Of a stretch of 64,000 nucleotides of DNA, positions 14,402 to 29,799 are shown in pieces. The position numbers and the translations under genes are program-made. Within the stretch, counting starts at the first letter, position 1. Each line of letters begins with the position of its first letter. The DNA lies in the NCBI GenBank assembly GCA_951406725.2, contig OX597823.1:66526001-66590000 (forward strand), read 5' to 3'. Below the pieces are notes generated by a model. That model was given only the letters and a program-made list of their open reading frames with translations, was not told the DNA's origin and did no database searches. The stretch comes from Octopus vulgaris (Eukaryota).

Positions 14402-14404
<3 letters not shown>
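13768..14404 (+). mobile_element. 5'-truncated R4/Dong-like element (family B), young copy with RLE domain and 3'UTR
   Basis: KEYIHRHDRV..GTYIHWKLC...LWDMPIHTDREIKANRPDIVVRD / CFLIDVSVP...EKLSKYKDLEIEV...GTAHILRRTLS. 3'UTR ends ...aaaactactg|aataataat. One frameshift in an A-run. Confidence 0.9.
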
Positions 14405-14482
<78 letters not shown>

Positions 14483-14485
<3 letters not shown>

Positions 14486-14779
14486 GACCTGGAAATAGAG
14501 ATAACTAGAATGTGGAACCTGAAAACAGAAACAATTCCTATCATAGTAGGTGCATTAGGCATGATAAAAAAATATTCAGACAAATATATAACAAAACACC
14601 AGGACTTACAAACACATATAACATACAGAAAATTGCACTACTAGGCACTGCACACATCCTACGCAGAACACTTTCCATACAATAACCATCAGAGCATCAC
14701 AACAAATCACAGCACATACCCAAGGCACACAGAGCTGCGCTCGGTAGTGAAGTGAAAGCACGCTATAAAAATAAAACTA

Positions 14780-14782
<3 letters not shown>
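14483..14782 (+). mobile_element. Short 3' fragment of R4/Dong-like family B inside (AAT)n
   Basis: Near-identical to 14098-14404; flanked by AAT repeats on both sides. Confidence 0.92.
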
Positions 14783-14834
<52 letters not shown>

Positions 14835-14861
14835 GTAATAGTAATAGTAATAGTAATAGTA

Positions 14862-14929
<68 letters not shown>

Positions 14930-14932
<3 letters not shown>

Positions 14933-15226
14933 GACCTGGAAATAGAGATAACTAGAATGTGGAACCTGAAAACAGAAACAATTCCTATCATAGTAGGTGC
15001 ATTAGGCATGATAAAAAAATATTCAGACAAATACATAACAAAACACCAGGACTTATAAACACATATAACATACAGAAAATTGCACTACTAGGCACTGCAC
15101 ACATCCTACGCAGAACACTTTCCATACAATAACCATCATAGCATCACAACAAATCACAGCACATACCCAAGGCACACAGAGCTGGGCTCGGTAGTGAAGT
15201 GAAAGCACGCTATAAAAATAAAACTA

Positions 15227-15229
<3 letters not shown>
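14930..15229 (+). mobile_element. Short 3' fragment of R4/Dong-like family B (tandem duplicate of 14483-14782)
   Basis: Same 5' truncation point (aaagacctggaaatagagata) and shared variants. Confidence 0.92.
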
Positions 15230-15937
<708 letters not shown>

Positions 15938-16223
15938 CAATTCTTTTTTATTGGCCACAAGGGCTGACACGCATGATTACATAAAGGGACAGGACAGGAC
16001 GAAAGGTTACAAAGGGTTTTGTCCGTTTGTTAAAAAATCCGTGTAAAAAAAAAAAACTTTAAAACAATGATTATTAAAACAATGAAAAACTCCCAAAAGG
16101 GGGAGACGTCTCGAAATGTTCCCGGTGGAAAAAACCCTACAAAAGCCAACGGGAGCCTGGTCAAAAAAAGGGGGTGTAGAGAGTCCCCTTTCTTCTCCTT
16201 TTACATTACCTTTTTCTTTGAAA

Positions 16224-19200
16224 TCACAGGCGAAACCAGAGAACTGGTCCATTTATACAGGCCAGTCTCGCACAATTCACCCACCTTTCATAAAACTTGC
16301 TATCGGACAGCACTTTCCTCTCTAACCTCATCTTCCTTTTCAAGTGAAACTTGAAAAAGTTGATGAGGCCTTGACCAAAGAGGAAAGTGTCTGTCTTTAG
16401 CCCTTTTAAACGAGTCCACCACACGACCTCTTTCGCCACAGCCACTAGGCACAAGAAAACGGCCTCGCCCTCCTTGTTAAAGGAGGTCGGCGGGGCAATC
16501 TTCACTATGGATTCGGCAGATAGTCGGATCCGTCCTACACGTGACAGTAGCTGTTCGACATAAACCCATATTTCAGCAATACTCGGGCACTGGACGAGTG
16601 CGTGCAGAACGGTTTCGTCGTCCTGGCAACACCTCGGGCAGGCCCGGCTGACGGCACTTCCGTGCCGGTAGAGTTTATCTCGAACAGGCAGAGCCCCTCG
16701 GTAGCACTGCCAGGCGAGAGACCTCTGGAAATTATCCATCGGCCCCGGCCCGAAAGTCCTCCCGAACAGACTGCTCAGTTCGTCGTCTTCAACGCCTAGA
16801 GTTTCCCCGAGAACGTCGTCGCATTTTTCCTCCACTAACCCTCTATAGAACGCTAGAGTGGAGCTGTAACCGACCGCATTGCCCGCCTGGTGGAGGGCGG
16901 AGAGGGCTTGACGGCACTCGAGGTGCCAAGCGCCCTTTCTCGGTCTACGTTTGATCCAGGTCTGCAGCTCCGTCAAAGAGACGAGCTGCGGAAAATCGCG
17001 TCTGACAAAAGACGACCACACCTGTTCACCGTCTAGGAAGCGCTTGAGATGCCGCAGCCTGAGCGCATGTCTGCGCAACAGCAACCACGGCATTCCAAGG
17101 CCTCCGTTCAGCGGTCGTTGACAGCAGATGGATCGCCTGACCAGTGGCACCTGACCCTTCCACAAAAAGTCGAAGAGCAGACGTACCAGCTTGGCCAACC
17201 AGCGGTTGGGACAAGGGACGACGGTCAAGCGGTAATAGATGACGGATGCGATGTACGCATTCGCCACCTCCGCTCGACCTTTCAGGGACAGCTTCCTCTC
17301 GGCCCATTTCTGGGTGAGACGTGCCACTCTGCTCGTCACCTCTTCCCAGTTCTTATCCACCTGGAGGTCCGGACCGAACCAGACCCCGAGCAGTTTAACG
17401 GGTCCGTCTGTCCAGCGCCCTACGACGCTGTTGGACGGCATGGGCTTGCCTCTCCAGGTGCCCAGTTGCAAGCCCACAGACTTTTCCGCGTTAATCTTTG
17501 CCCCTGTCACCGCTTCGTACTGGTTTAGCGTCTCGCCAATCAGGCTAATGTGCCTGTGGCTCGACACCACCACGGTGACGTCGTCGGCATAAGCAGACAC
17601 GCTGTTTCCGCCTCCTAGATCGCGCGGGATGCCCCTCAAAGCCTCCAACTTGCGCAGTAATGGCTCGAGAGTCAAAATGTACAAGAGGGAGGAGAGAGGG
17701 CATCCTTGGCGGACCGAACGCGAGATGTCGAACGGTTCCGAAAGGTGACCGTTCACCCGTATCACCGAGCAGATGTTGCTGTATAAAGCAGCGATCCACC
17801 CGCGGAAGACTGGACCGAAGCCGGCTGCCTTGAGGACAGCTGCCAGGTACTGATGGTCGACCCTATCGAAGGCTTTACTCTGATCCAAGTTGATCAAAGC
17901 CCCACCCGCGCCAGCGTCGTTACCCACCCTCTCTATGATGTAGCGCATGAGATGGAGGTTGTCGTGTATCGACCTGGTCGGCACGGCGCATGTCTGCGTC
18001 CCGCCGACCAGCTTGTCCACGACAAGCGCCAATCTCTTGGCTAGCACCTTGGCCAAAATCTTCAACTCTGCATTGAGCAGAGTGATGGGCCGGAAATTCC
18101 CTATAACGTCCCCCTTGTTTGGGTCCTTCTTTAGCAAAGCCACCACCCCTCGACAGACAAAAGCAGGAATTCTCCCGTTTTGCTGCCAGTTGCAGTAGAC
18201 GTTTGCCAACAGGTCCGCAAACAAGTCTGGCATCGAAAAGTAAAGCTCGTAGGGCAGACCATCCAAACCCGGCGATCTACCTCTCGTGCAACTCTTCATC
18301 GCTTCCTGTACTTCCCAGGCAGATATCGGTCCTTCGCAGCACTCCGCCTCGCTGTCCGAGAGTTGCGGCAGTCCGTCCAGGTACACACCGAAGTCTGTAC
18401 CGTTGGTGTCCGTTCCACCGCTCGTCCCAAACAGTTGAGCAAAGTGCCGCTGAAGCACCGTACACATCTGCTTCGGTTGGGTAACCTCGCGCCCGTTCTG
18501 GTCCACCAAAGACCGAATGGTTGCTTTGTTGCCTCGCTTCGCCTCCGCCACGCGGGCCCATCGAGCGGCTCTAGTCCCCTCCCCGTTTAGCGAACGTGCC
18601 TTAGCTCTGACAACGCAGCCTTCGTGTTTGGCGTCGAAGTGTTGGTCGAGGGCCAACCTTGCCGCCAACACGTCGGTCGCGATGCCAGTGTCAAGAGCCT
18701 CGTCTAGTTTCTTAACTAAATCCCGCTCTCTCTTTCTACGTTCAATAGCTAGAGTCTTACTATACCTAATCGACTCTACTCTAATTGCTCTCTTGAGGGC
18801 AAACCACCAGTTGTTGTTGATGATTGCCCCCGTGAGCGCCCGCTTAACTAGTAAACTAATCCGGTCTCTGTAAGCTTTGCACGCCGTTAACGACGCGTTC
18901 AGCTTCCAGTAGCCGGGTCCCTGTCTATGTAGCCTATCTAAGTCGACCGTACAGATCACTAATTTGTGGTCCGTATATTCGACTAGGTGGAATTGTGGAC
19001 ACCCTACGCTGTCCTTATCCGCTGGCCTACAAAACACTCTATCTAAGTACGATCTAGACGACCCGATGCGGTTTGTCCAAGTCCACATTGGCACATTCGG
19101 GTTGTCTAGTCGAAACCTGTCGGACAGCTGAAAGCGGCCGAGTAGGTTGGCGAGGCTCTTGCACCCTCCCCCTCTCCTAACAGACGCTCCCCTGCCCACC

Positions 19201-19658
19201 CGATCGAAACGTTCGTCTAAGACAGCGTTCCAATCCCCAACTAGTACTAGAGTGCGTGACGTTCCCAGGAAAACTTCCAGACGTTTGAAATAATCCGACT
19301 GCCCTGCTCCTGTCGGAGCGTAGGCAGCCAGCAGTCTGAAAGCACCGCCGTCACTACCGTCGACGTCGAGGACCACCAACTTACCTTCCGGATCCAAGAA
19401 GACTGTCCTTATTTTCAGGTCCAGGCCCTTCCGAAACAACACCGCAGTACCACCACCGCCCGCTCCCGGCCGACACGGAGATAGAAATATCTCGTATCCG
19501 CCGAAAAGGGCTGCGAGTTCCTGCGGGTCGGAGAGCCTGGTTTCACTGATGGCTGCTACATCCACATCATGAAACCTCAGGTCGTTTAACAGGTGACCCT
19601 GTTTCCAAGGTGACCCGAGGCCTCTCACATTCAAGCAACCGATTCTAAGATTTGCCAT
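16224..19658 (-). CDS. ORF2 polyprotein, 1144 aa: APE endonuclease + reverse transcriptase + C-terminal CCHC (zf-RVT-like), L1/Tx1 clade
   Basis: APE motifs GCLNVRG, AISET, VGDWN, SYLDR and TDH. RT motifs SPGLDGLP, FRPITLLN, LDQSKAFDRV, RQGCPLS, YADD and KLLG. C-terminal CPRCCQDDETVLHALVQC. No stops or frameshifts. Confidence 0.96.
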   Translation of the reverse strand: MANLRIGCLNVRGLGSPWKQGHLLNDLRFHDVDVAAISETRLSDPQELAALFGGYEIFLSPCRPGAGGGGTAVLFRKGLDLKIRTVFLDPEGKLVVLDVDGSDGGAFRLLAAYAPTGAGQSDYFKRLEVFLGTSRTLVLVGDWNAVLDERFDRVGRGASVRRGGGCKSLANLLGRFQLSDRFRLDNPNVPMWTWTNRIGSSRSYLDRVFCRPADKDSVGCPQFHLVEYTDHKLVICTVDLDRLHRQGPGYWKLNASLTACKAYRDRISLLVKRALTGAIINNNWWFALKRAIRVESIRYSKTLAIERRKRERDLVKKLDEALDTGIATDVLAARLALDQHFDAKHEGCVVRAKARSLNGEGTRAARWARVAEAKRGNKATIRSLVDQNGREVTQPKQMCTVLQRHFAQLFGTSGGTDTNGTDFGVYLDGLPQLSDSEAECCEGPISAWEVQEAMKSCTRGRSPGLDGLPYELYFSMPDLFADLLANVYCNWQQNGRIPAFVCRGVVALLKKDPNKGDVIGNFRPITLLNAELKILAKVLAKRLALVVDKLVGGTQTCAVPTRSIHDNLHLMRYIIERVGNDAGAGGALINLDQSKAFDRVDHQYLAAVLKAAGFGPVFRGWIAALYSNICSVIRVNGHLSEPFDISRSVRQGCPLSSLLYILTLEPLLRKLEALRGIPRDLGGGNSVSAYADDVTVVVSSHRHISLIGETLNQYEAVTGAKINAEKSVGLQLGTWRGKPMPSNSVVGRWTDGPVKLLGVWFGPDLQVDKNWEEVTSRVARLTQKWAERKLSLKGRAEVANAYIASVIYYRLTVVPCPNRWLAKLVRLLFDFLWKGQVPLVRRSICCQRPLNGGLGMPWLLLRRHALRLRHLKRFLDGEQVWSSFVRRDFPQLVSLTELQTWIKRRPRKGAWHLECRQALSALHQAGNAVGYSSTLAFYRGLVEEKCDDVLGETLGVEDDELSSLFGRTFGPGPMDNFQRSLAWQCYRGALPVRDKLYRHGSAVSRACPRCCQDDETVLHALVQCPSIAEIWVYVEQLLSRVGRIRLSAESIVKIAPPTSFNKEGEAVFLCLVAVAKEVVWWTRLKGLKTDTFLFGQGLINFFKFHLKRKMRLERKVLSDSKFYERWVNCARLACINGPVLWFRL

Positions 19659-19696
19659 GTCTCAAAGTAGGGGGAAAAAAAGGAGAAAAAAAGGCT

Positions 19697-20504
19697 CTAC
19701 TTACTGTTGTTGGTGGTGGGGGTGGCTCCCTTGTGCTTTTGCACGGGTGCTTCCACAATGTTTTTATAAAGTTTCTTCGAGAAACTTTTCCCTAGCGATC
19801 CCACATCGTTAGGGAATATTTGTTTGATTTCATCATATGATTTTGCATTTATTTTTATTGTGAGAATGTGTGCTGGTGGTGTGTTTTGTGTTGGTATGAT
19901 GAAATCGGTTATATTTGTACTAGTTTTGTTTTTTAAGTACTCCACTAGTTTTTGGTTCTTTGTGTTTATTGATGTAATTGTGTCTGTGTGTGTTTGTGTG
20001 TGTGGCAGTGGCAGTAGTGGTGTCGAAAGTGTTGTTGTTGTTTGTTGTTGTGAGTGTGTGTTGTTGTTGTTGTTGTTGTTGATGTTGGGAAGCACTATTT
20101 GTTCGTGCTTCCCCTGTAAATCTTTTTGTTTCTTCCTCCTTTTCTTCTTTGGAGGCACTATACTCCATTCTCCTTTGTTGGAATCAGAGCTCGCACAATC
20201 CGAGATCTCTTCATCCGGCAAAGGAATGGTTGAGGGGTCTGCTTCAGTAGCAGGACGAAAAGTTTCTGGTTCCACCGGTATCGGTGGTGCCGCTGCTCCT
20301 GTTACTGTTGATGTCGCTGCTGTCGACCTTCGAGGTACTGGTGTCGGTGTTGGTTTGGTGGTGGTTGTCGGTGTTGGTTTGGTGGTGGTTGTTGTTGTTG
20401 GAGGTGGTGTTGCTCGTCTTGGTGCTGGTGTTGGTGATGGTGTTGGTGGTGTGGCAGCCTTTGGTGTTTCTTGCTGTTTTTGTTGTTTCTGTTGTTGTTG
20501 CTTG

Positions 20505-20541
<37 letters not shown>

Positions 20542-21565
20542 GCTGCTGCCTCTTGCTGAAAGCCTCCATCCTCTTTTTGTGAATGGGACAGTCCCTCTTT
20601 AAGTGGCTTTCGCTGCTGCAGAGAAAGCATTTTGGCTTTCGCCCCTCCACAGCAACGTTTAGCCTAGTGCCGTCCGGCAAACTTACGAAATCAGGGACTT
20701 TACTTATATTCTCTTGCTGAATTTGCGCAAGAAGCAGCACTCCCATCCCCAACCAGTTTTTCGCCCTCACTCTCCTGACATCTAGAATGGTGGTAGTGTC
20801 CTCTATATCATAGAGGACAGCTGCCACCAGCCATGACATATTTAATTCAGGGGGGACGAGGTCGATTTTTATTTTTGTAACTCTTCGCCCGAGGTGGGTT
20901 GGAATTAGTAACAAATTCTCAGTTTGCAAGGGCGAAATGGCGTTCGCCCTTGCCAGCTCCTCTGTTGGGAAGCGAACCTCCACGGTTCCAAAACGCTTCC
21001 CCTTGGTTACGTAGCTCTTTTGGGCCCAAATGGGCTTTAGAGCTATCTCCAACTGTTGGGGTGTGGCATTTGTTATTCTTTTTAGTTTTCTGTCGAAAAC
21101 TTTGTAAATTATTGTTTGCTTGTTGGTGCTTTCAATCACCTCTTGTGGAGTATTGAGGAAGATACCATTGCCATCCTTCCTTAACAATTCCTTCGCTCTT
21201 TTCACATCTTCTAGAGTTATCTTAACTTCCTCCGAAATTTGCTTCGCAGCAGAAGCAAAATTGTTGGAAGTTTTTTCTTTTATCTCCGTGTCAATGTTTG
21301 TGATGATTTTTGTATTTGTTTTTTCTCCCTCCTCCTTCCTTACCAAAGCATTGGGTGAAGGCAGAGGGGGAAAATCAAGAATTACGTCGAACGCGACGTC
21401 ATGACTTGCATTTTCCTTTTGAACCGAGCGCGTGCTCTGCGGTTCGGAAGGAGAATCTTTGTTGCCTTTTAAGGCGTGAAGTGGGTGTTTTGTACGAGTT
21501 GTGCGTGTTTGCGGAGGGAGTGTATTTTGAAGGAAGGAACAGCCAACTGTTCGCTTCATAGCCAT
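19697..21565 (-). CDS. ORF1 nucleic-acid-binding (gag-like) protein with zinc knuckle
   Basis: Open frame directly upstream of ORF2. First ATG is at 21565 (MAMKRTVG); the track starts at an upstream TTG at 21607. Contains CX2CX4HX4C (CFLCSSESHLKRDC) after an RRM-like region, then polyQ, a Pro/Thr-rich linker and basic KKKRRKK. Confidence 0.88.
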
Positions 21566-21797
21566 GTTTTTTCTTGTTGTAATATTCAAAATGTTGAAAA
21601 ATGTCAAATGTTCAAAATTTTCAAACGCAATTTCACCCCGAATGGGGCAAAATTTCGCCCAACCGACGAGCTCCGCAAGAAGCCGGTCGGTTTGGCTACA
21701 GAAATATTAAAAAATATTCAAACCTATTAATAGATTTCCAATGAAATTGGTGTCAAATTCACGGAGCTGATTCACGTACGTCTAACGGCGTCGGAAG

Positions 21798-25374
<3,577 letters not shown>

Positions 25375-25882
25375 TTTCGTTTCAAGCGGCTGTAATTTTG
25401 AAGAAGACTTGAAAGTGCATATTCTCAGAAAATATTCTGAATCTGCTTCGCTTTCACTTCTCAGAATGTATGAAGAGAAGTATGTTTGCGACTTATTAAC
25501 ATCACGCCCTAGAGGAATGAATAAGATGACAGGAGAATATATTCAAATTTATACAATGGTGTTTGATTAAATATTCTTCTTTCTCTCTTTTTCTTTCCTT
25601 TTTTTCTGTCGTCTTCTTTTTCTGTTCTTTTCTTTCCGACTGTTATAAAATTGTAAATTAAAAACAGATGATGTCATTCCATCAACGTGTGGACGCTGGT
25701 TGCTCTCGTTCGTACATTACGTTTAAATTCCTGTAATTTTGAATTTTTATCGCTTCTTATTTTGAACTTCACAAAGACAGACGTACTGTTGAAATATCGT
25801 TCACCTAATAAAAATCTTACGATCGAATCTTGCTCTTCGTCTTGACTGTTTACCTTTGTGAAGAGTTACGCCAATCCTTTTT

Positions 25883-26813
25883 AAAATAGAAGAAGAAGAA
25901 GAAGAAGAAGAAGAAGAAGAAGAAGAAGAAGAAGAAGAAGAAGAAGAAGAAGAAGAAGAAGAAGAAGAAGAAGAAGAAGAAGAAGGAGAAGAAAAGAAGA
26001 AGAAGAAGAAGAAGAAGAAGAAGAAGAAGAAGAAGAAGAAGAAGAAGAAGAAGAAGAAGAAGAAGAAGAAGAAGAAGAAGAAGAAGAATAGAAATGTATA
26101 ACAAAAAACCCATCAGGGAAGAATGCTGCGAGATGATAAATGAAATGAAAAAAGAAATAAAGCAAAAAAAAAAGAGTATTAATATGAATGAAAAGATGAA
26201 AGAAATTAATGAATTGGGAGAAGTGAATGCAAAATGATAGTGAGATACGTAAATATAAGAAGATGCAGAAATTAGCGGGAGAAAGAGAAAGGAATGACCT
26301 AAATAGTAAATAACTACGACGGAGATTTAAATGATTAGATAAATTGGAGGCTATATGCTGTAGAGCGAAAGAAATAAAGCAAGGGAACAATGTATATGAA
26401 AAAAAAAAGAGAGGCATTTTCCACTATAGATACAAAGCCTGAAATGAAGTGGGAAGGATATAATCGAATGCATCGACCGCAGTGCTAAATTAATAATTAT
26501 TTTATTAACATCGAAAAGAAGATAGGTTAAGTTGACCTCGCTGGATGTTGAACTCAGAACATAAAAATGGACGATATGCCGCTAATTGTATTGTCTGGCA
26601 TGCTAAGGGTTGTGCTAGACCGATGACTTATAAAACAAACTTAAATAATGGTTTCAAATTTTGCCACAAGGGAACCCTTTTGAGGGAGGGGATGAGTCGA
26701 TTACATCGACACCAGTGTTTCACTGGTACTTAATTTATCGACCTCTGAAAAGACTAGAAGGGCAAAGTCGACCCCCAGCGGAATTTGAACTCATATCGGA
26801 GCGACGGGCGAAA

Positions 26814-26844
<31 letters not shown>

Positions 26845-27730
26845 AAGAAGAAGAAGAAGAAGAAGAAGAAGAAGAAGAAGAAGAAGAAGAAGAAGAAGAA
26901 GAAGAAGAAGAAGAAGAAGAAGAAGAAGAAGAAGAAGAGAAGAAGAAGAAGAAGAAGAAGAAGAAGAAGAAGAAGAAGAAGAAGAAGAAGAAGAAGAAGA
27001 AGAAGAATAAGAATTGTATAACAAAAAACCCATCAGGGAAGAATGCTGCGAGATGATAAATGAAATGAAAAAAGAAATAAAGCAAAAAAAAAAGAGTATT
27101 AATATGAATGAAAAGATGAAAGAAATTAATGAATTGGGAGAAGTGAATGCAAAATGATAGTGAGATACGTAAATATAAGAAGATGCAGAAATTAGCGGGA
27201 GAAAAAGAAAGGAATGACCTAAATAGTAAATAACTACGACGGAGATTTAAATGATTAGATAAATTGGAGGCTATATGCTGTAGAGCGAAAGAAATAAAGC
27301 AAGGGAACAATGTATATGAAAAAAAAAAGAGAGGCATTTTCCACTATAGATACAAAGCCTGAAATGAAGTGGGAAGGATATAATCGAATGCATCGACCGC
27401 AGTGCTAAATTAATAATTATTTTATTAACATCGAAAAGAAGATAGGTTAAGCTGACCTCGCTGGATGTTGAACTCAGAACATAAAAATGGACGATATGCC
27501 GCTAATTGTATTGTCTGGCATGCTAAGGGTTGTGCTAGACCGATGACTTATAAAACAAACTTAAATAATGGTTTCAAATTTTGCCACAAGGGAACCCTTT
27601 TGAGGGAGGGATGAGTCGATTACATCGACACCAGTGTTTCACTGGTACTTAATTTATCGACCTCTGAAAAGACGAAGGGCAAAGTCGACCCCCAGCGGAA
27701 TTTGAACTCATATCGGAGCGACGGGCGAAA
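25883..27730. repeat. Tandem duplication, ~920-bp unit: (GAA)n + unique sequence + SINE pieces
   Basis: 26088-26814 is nearly identical to 27008-27730. Confidence 0.93.
26648..26814 (-). mobile_element. SINE family A (tail type 3), truncated by a tandem-duplication junction
   Basis: Body gatcgacc...gcaaagtcgacc; a longer copy is at 27568-27770. Confidence 0.8.
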
Positions 27731-27770
27731 TACGTTAAGCATTTAGTCCAGCATGCTAACGATTCTGCCA
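27568..27770 (-). mobile_element. SINE family A (tail type 3)
   Basis: Homology to other family-A copies. Confidence 0.8.
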
Positions 27771-28639
27771 AACGAAAAATGTCGACAAAGGAATCATTTA
27801 CACAAAGGAGGAAATCAAAGAATGTGAGATAGAAACAGCAAATGTATTGTGAGACAGTAAAAGAGTGAAGAAAATCAAAGAGAAATAGAATGTAAAATGA
27901 CGATAATTATGAAAAAACAAATAAAGATAAACATTTTCGAAACAATGATAGAAAAGAATGAGGGAGGGAAAGTGAGAGAGAAGGGTTCAGGGAAGAGGCG
28001 GAATTTAAATAGAGATTTATGGGAAATAAAGAGACAGAGAGGTAAGAATTTAAGATATAAGTGCAGAATTTAAATATATATATATATATATATATATATA
28101 CTACATACATGCACACACACACATAAATATATATATAAAAGCAATCATGCAGTTGGAGTGATAGAGTGATAAGCCGAAATATGGGCAAATTTGATCTTTA
28201 TAAAACGTTTGTGCTTTTCCTGTGATCAGGCTAAGTGCATCAATAATTGCCGAAAGTTTAATGGTGGAAAATTATTTCATCGAGTAATCAAAAGCAGCTT
28301 ACCGACAACAGTCGATGTTTGGTTATAATGCAAAGGCTGTTTCGGAAATATTGTCTGTTCGATAAAACTATTGATCAATAATAGGTTAGTTAGTGTTAAC
28401 ATATTCACTACGAGAAACATTAAAAAGTGAACTGGAGTAATTTTGAGGCGTCGATGAATTAACTTCCGGTACTTAGTTATCTTTACGCATTTTCTCTGTT
28501 CTAATGCCGCAAGGATCAGATTTTTTTTTAATATCCTTCAATGGATAAGACAAAAGAAATATCAATCTAGTAGTGAAATAGATTTACTAGACAAATCCTT
28601 ATGGTTAAATTTCTGCCTGTGGTCGAAACATATTATTAT

Positions 28640-28840
28640 TGAGCTGGCAGAATTGTTAGCACGCGGGGCGAGATGCATAGCGGTATTTCGTCTTTCTTCA
28701 CATTCTGAGTTCAAATGCCAATGGGGTCAAATTTGCCTTTCATTCTTTCGAGATTGATAAATTAAGTGCCATTGAAACGCTGGGCCCAATATTATCAACA
28801 AGTCCCCACCCCACAATTTTTATCACCAGTAGAAAGGGTT
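28640..28840 (+). mobile_element. SINE family A followed by (ATT)n
   Basis: gagctggcagaattgttagcacg...gtagaaagggttattgttattatt. Confidence 0.8.
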
Positions 28841-28841
28841 A

Positions 28842-28944
<103 letters not shown>

Positions 28945-28957
28945 CATTATTATTATT

Positions 28958-29515
28958 GAGTGAGAGAACAGTGCATACTATCAAAGTGACCATGGAGTAA
29001 AATATACGAAGCCCAATATACCCATCATGACTACCCGTCTGATAAGGGTACACCAGGCACATGCATCACAACCATATGTGCGCGACATAATGATCTCATA
29101 TCAAGATAAACAGCGCATGATCTTGCAGGTGGGGTCCAGTTAGAATTTTCTATTGGTCGAGTAGCCCATCCCGCTCAAAAGATCCCTGAATAAGGATCGT
29201 TTAAGCATGTTGAACGAACCCCCATGTTTCCTGGGGTAATTATCCAAACCTCCAAGAATTCCTTTCAACACACGGCTGTGATGCTCCCCCACTACTTCTG
29301 TTCGTGATCAGAGATGCACATATCCTCATCCACTAAGGGACATGCTCAACTGGTTAAGGTCAAACAACTGACAATCAAATCTGTGGTATTGAGCAGAATA
29401 TTAGCTGTAGCCCATCTTTTATACCAAGACAAAATAATGTACATGATAATACTTCCAATCAGTTAAGGTCAGGAGCCATGAGGGCCACTGTCTGGTACTA
29501 CATTAGAGCATTTCT
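28958..29515 (-). mobile_element. Dispersed repeat family D ending in (AAT)n; probably a non-LTR 3'UTR or SINE
   Basis: Highly similar to 42768-43282 and, reversed, to 44425-44853. All three abut AAT/GAT repeats at the same end. Confidence 0.8.
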
Positions 29516-29799
29516 GCCTTTAGCTCTGAGTTTCGTAGTCATTAATGGGTGTGCTTCTGGTAAACATTATCGTGTTTGCTTTAGACCACATACGTCTGTT
29601 CCTACCTACCAGCCAATTGTTTATGTGCTTTTTTCTTTGTCATTAATTTTACTTTCTTTGCAAATACAATTGCCACACTTCTCACAGGCTGTTCAACCTG
29701 CGTATCGTTCATGAAATCAATAGCAAATTGCTTGTTATCCTTTGAAAACACTGACGCCTGTGGTACAGATAAAACAGAGGGAGTAATGCAGTTTTTACA

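Noticed and set aside
16602-21730. Antisense and alternative-frame ORFs within the LINE (e.g. 19824-20582, 17049-17528)
   Set aside because: Shadows of the GC-rich, repetitive ORF1/ORF2 with no independent motifs.
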